Notes under the pieces: model-generated
Database searches by the model: none
Seen by the model: only the letters and a program-made list of their open reading frames with translations
What the model was told of the DNA's origin: nothing
Program-made: the position numbers and the translations under genes
Assembly: GCF_018977255.1 (NCBI RefSeq)
Contig: NW_024704743.1
Coordinates: 11,844,001 to 11,908,000, forward strand
Direction: 5' to 3'
From: Callorhinchus milii
Lineage: Eukaryota
DNA length: 64,000 nucleotides
Shown: positions 63,213 to 64,000 of the stretch, one piece after another
Layout of the letters: every line of letters starts with the position of its first letter
Position numbering within the stretch: position 1 is the stretch's first letter

Positions 63213-64000
63213 CAGGTTGTGACTAGTGGAGTGCTACAAGGATTAGTGCTTGGATCTCAACTATTTACAGTCTACATCAATGACTTAGATGAGGAAATAG
63301 AGCTTAATGTATCTAAATTCGCAGACGATACAAAGCCAGGTGGGAAAGTAAGTTGTGAGGAGGACACAAGAAGGATGCAAAGGGATATAGAAAGGTTAAG
63401 TGATTGGACAAGAAGGTGGCAGATGGAGTATAATGTGGGGAAGTGTGAAGTTATGGAATTCCGTACCCCAGAAGGCTGTGGGATGCTCAGTCATTGAATG
63501 TAATTAAGACTGAGATCAATAGATTTTTAAAAACTAAAGGGATATGGGGATAGGGCGGGTAAATGAAATGTGAACCTAGGTAGAAAAAATAGAAAAACAG
63601 ATTATTTTCTAGAGGGGGAGAGACTAGCGACTAGTGTCGAGAGACTAGTGTTAATATTCAGAGGGATTTAGGTGTCCTTGTACACCAATCACAGAGTTAG
63701 TATGCAGGTACAGCAAGTAATTAGAAAGGCTAATAGCATGTTAGTGTTTATTGCAAAGGGGTTAGAGTACAAGAGTAGGGAAGTCTTGTTGCAATTGTAT
63801 AGGGCCTTGGTGAGACCTCACCTGGAATATTGTGTGCAGTTTTGGTCTCCTTATCAAAGAAAGGATATACTCGCTTCAGAGGGGGTGCAGCGTAGATTCA
63901 CTAGGTTGGTTCCTGGGATGAGGGGGTTGATCTACGAGGAGAGGTTGAGTCAACTAGGCCTATATTCTCTAGAATATAGAAGAATTAGAGGTGATCGTAT
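63213..64000 (+). mobile_element. CR1 ORF2 RT and C-terminal region, runs off the window end
   Basis: VTSGVLQGLVLGSQLFTVYINDLDEEIELNVSKFADDTK..WQMEYNVGKCEVM; later LYRALVRPHLEYCVQFWSP. Confidence 0.92.

Overview
Vertebrate genomic DNA; the repeat content suggests a cartilaginous fish, probably a chimaera (inference from recalled repeat families, not a search). The only clear host coding sequence is the large last coding exon of XRCC2 (RAD51 paralog, + strand, 2257-2993) with its 3' UTR. Most of the rest is retrotransposon-derived: L2-clade LINE fragments with (TTG)n tails, CR1-clade LINEs (one with near full-length ORF2, split by an L2 insertion), and many copies of two tRNA-derived Deu-type SINE families. 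A repeat-poor island at about 48.4-51.6 kb looks like a possibly bidirectional promoter plus a non-coding first exon with a duplicated splice donor; human synteny suggests KMT2C, but no KMT2C coding sequence is visible. The best leads are an approximately 3.6 kb inverted-repeat structure enclosing a 2 kb G-rich minisatellite, L2 copies that share the same frameshifts (a defective master mobilised in trans), a Penelope-type minimal hammerhead ribozyme relic, and the donor duplication that could make a 10-nt microexon. I found no convincing new multi-gene system. Most ORFs in the track are repeat or low-complexity artefacts. Repeat boundaries are read by eye and approximate.
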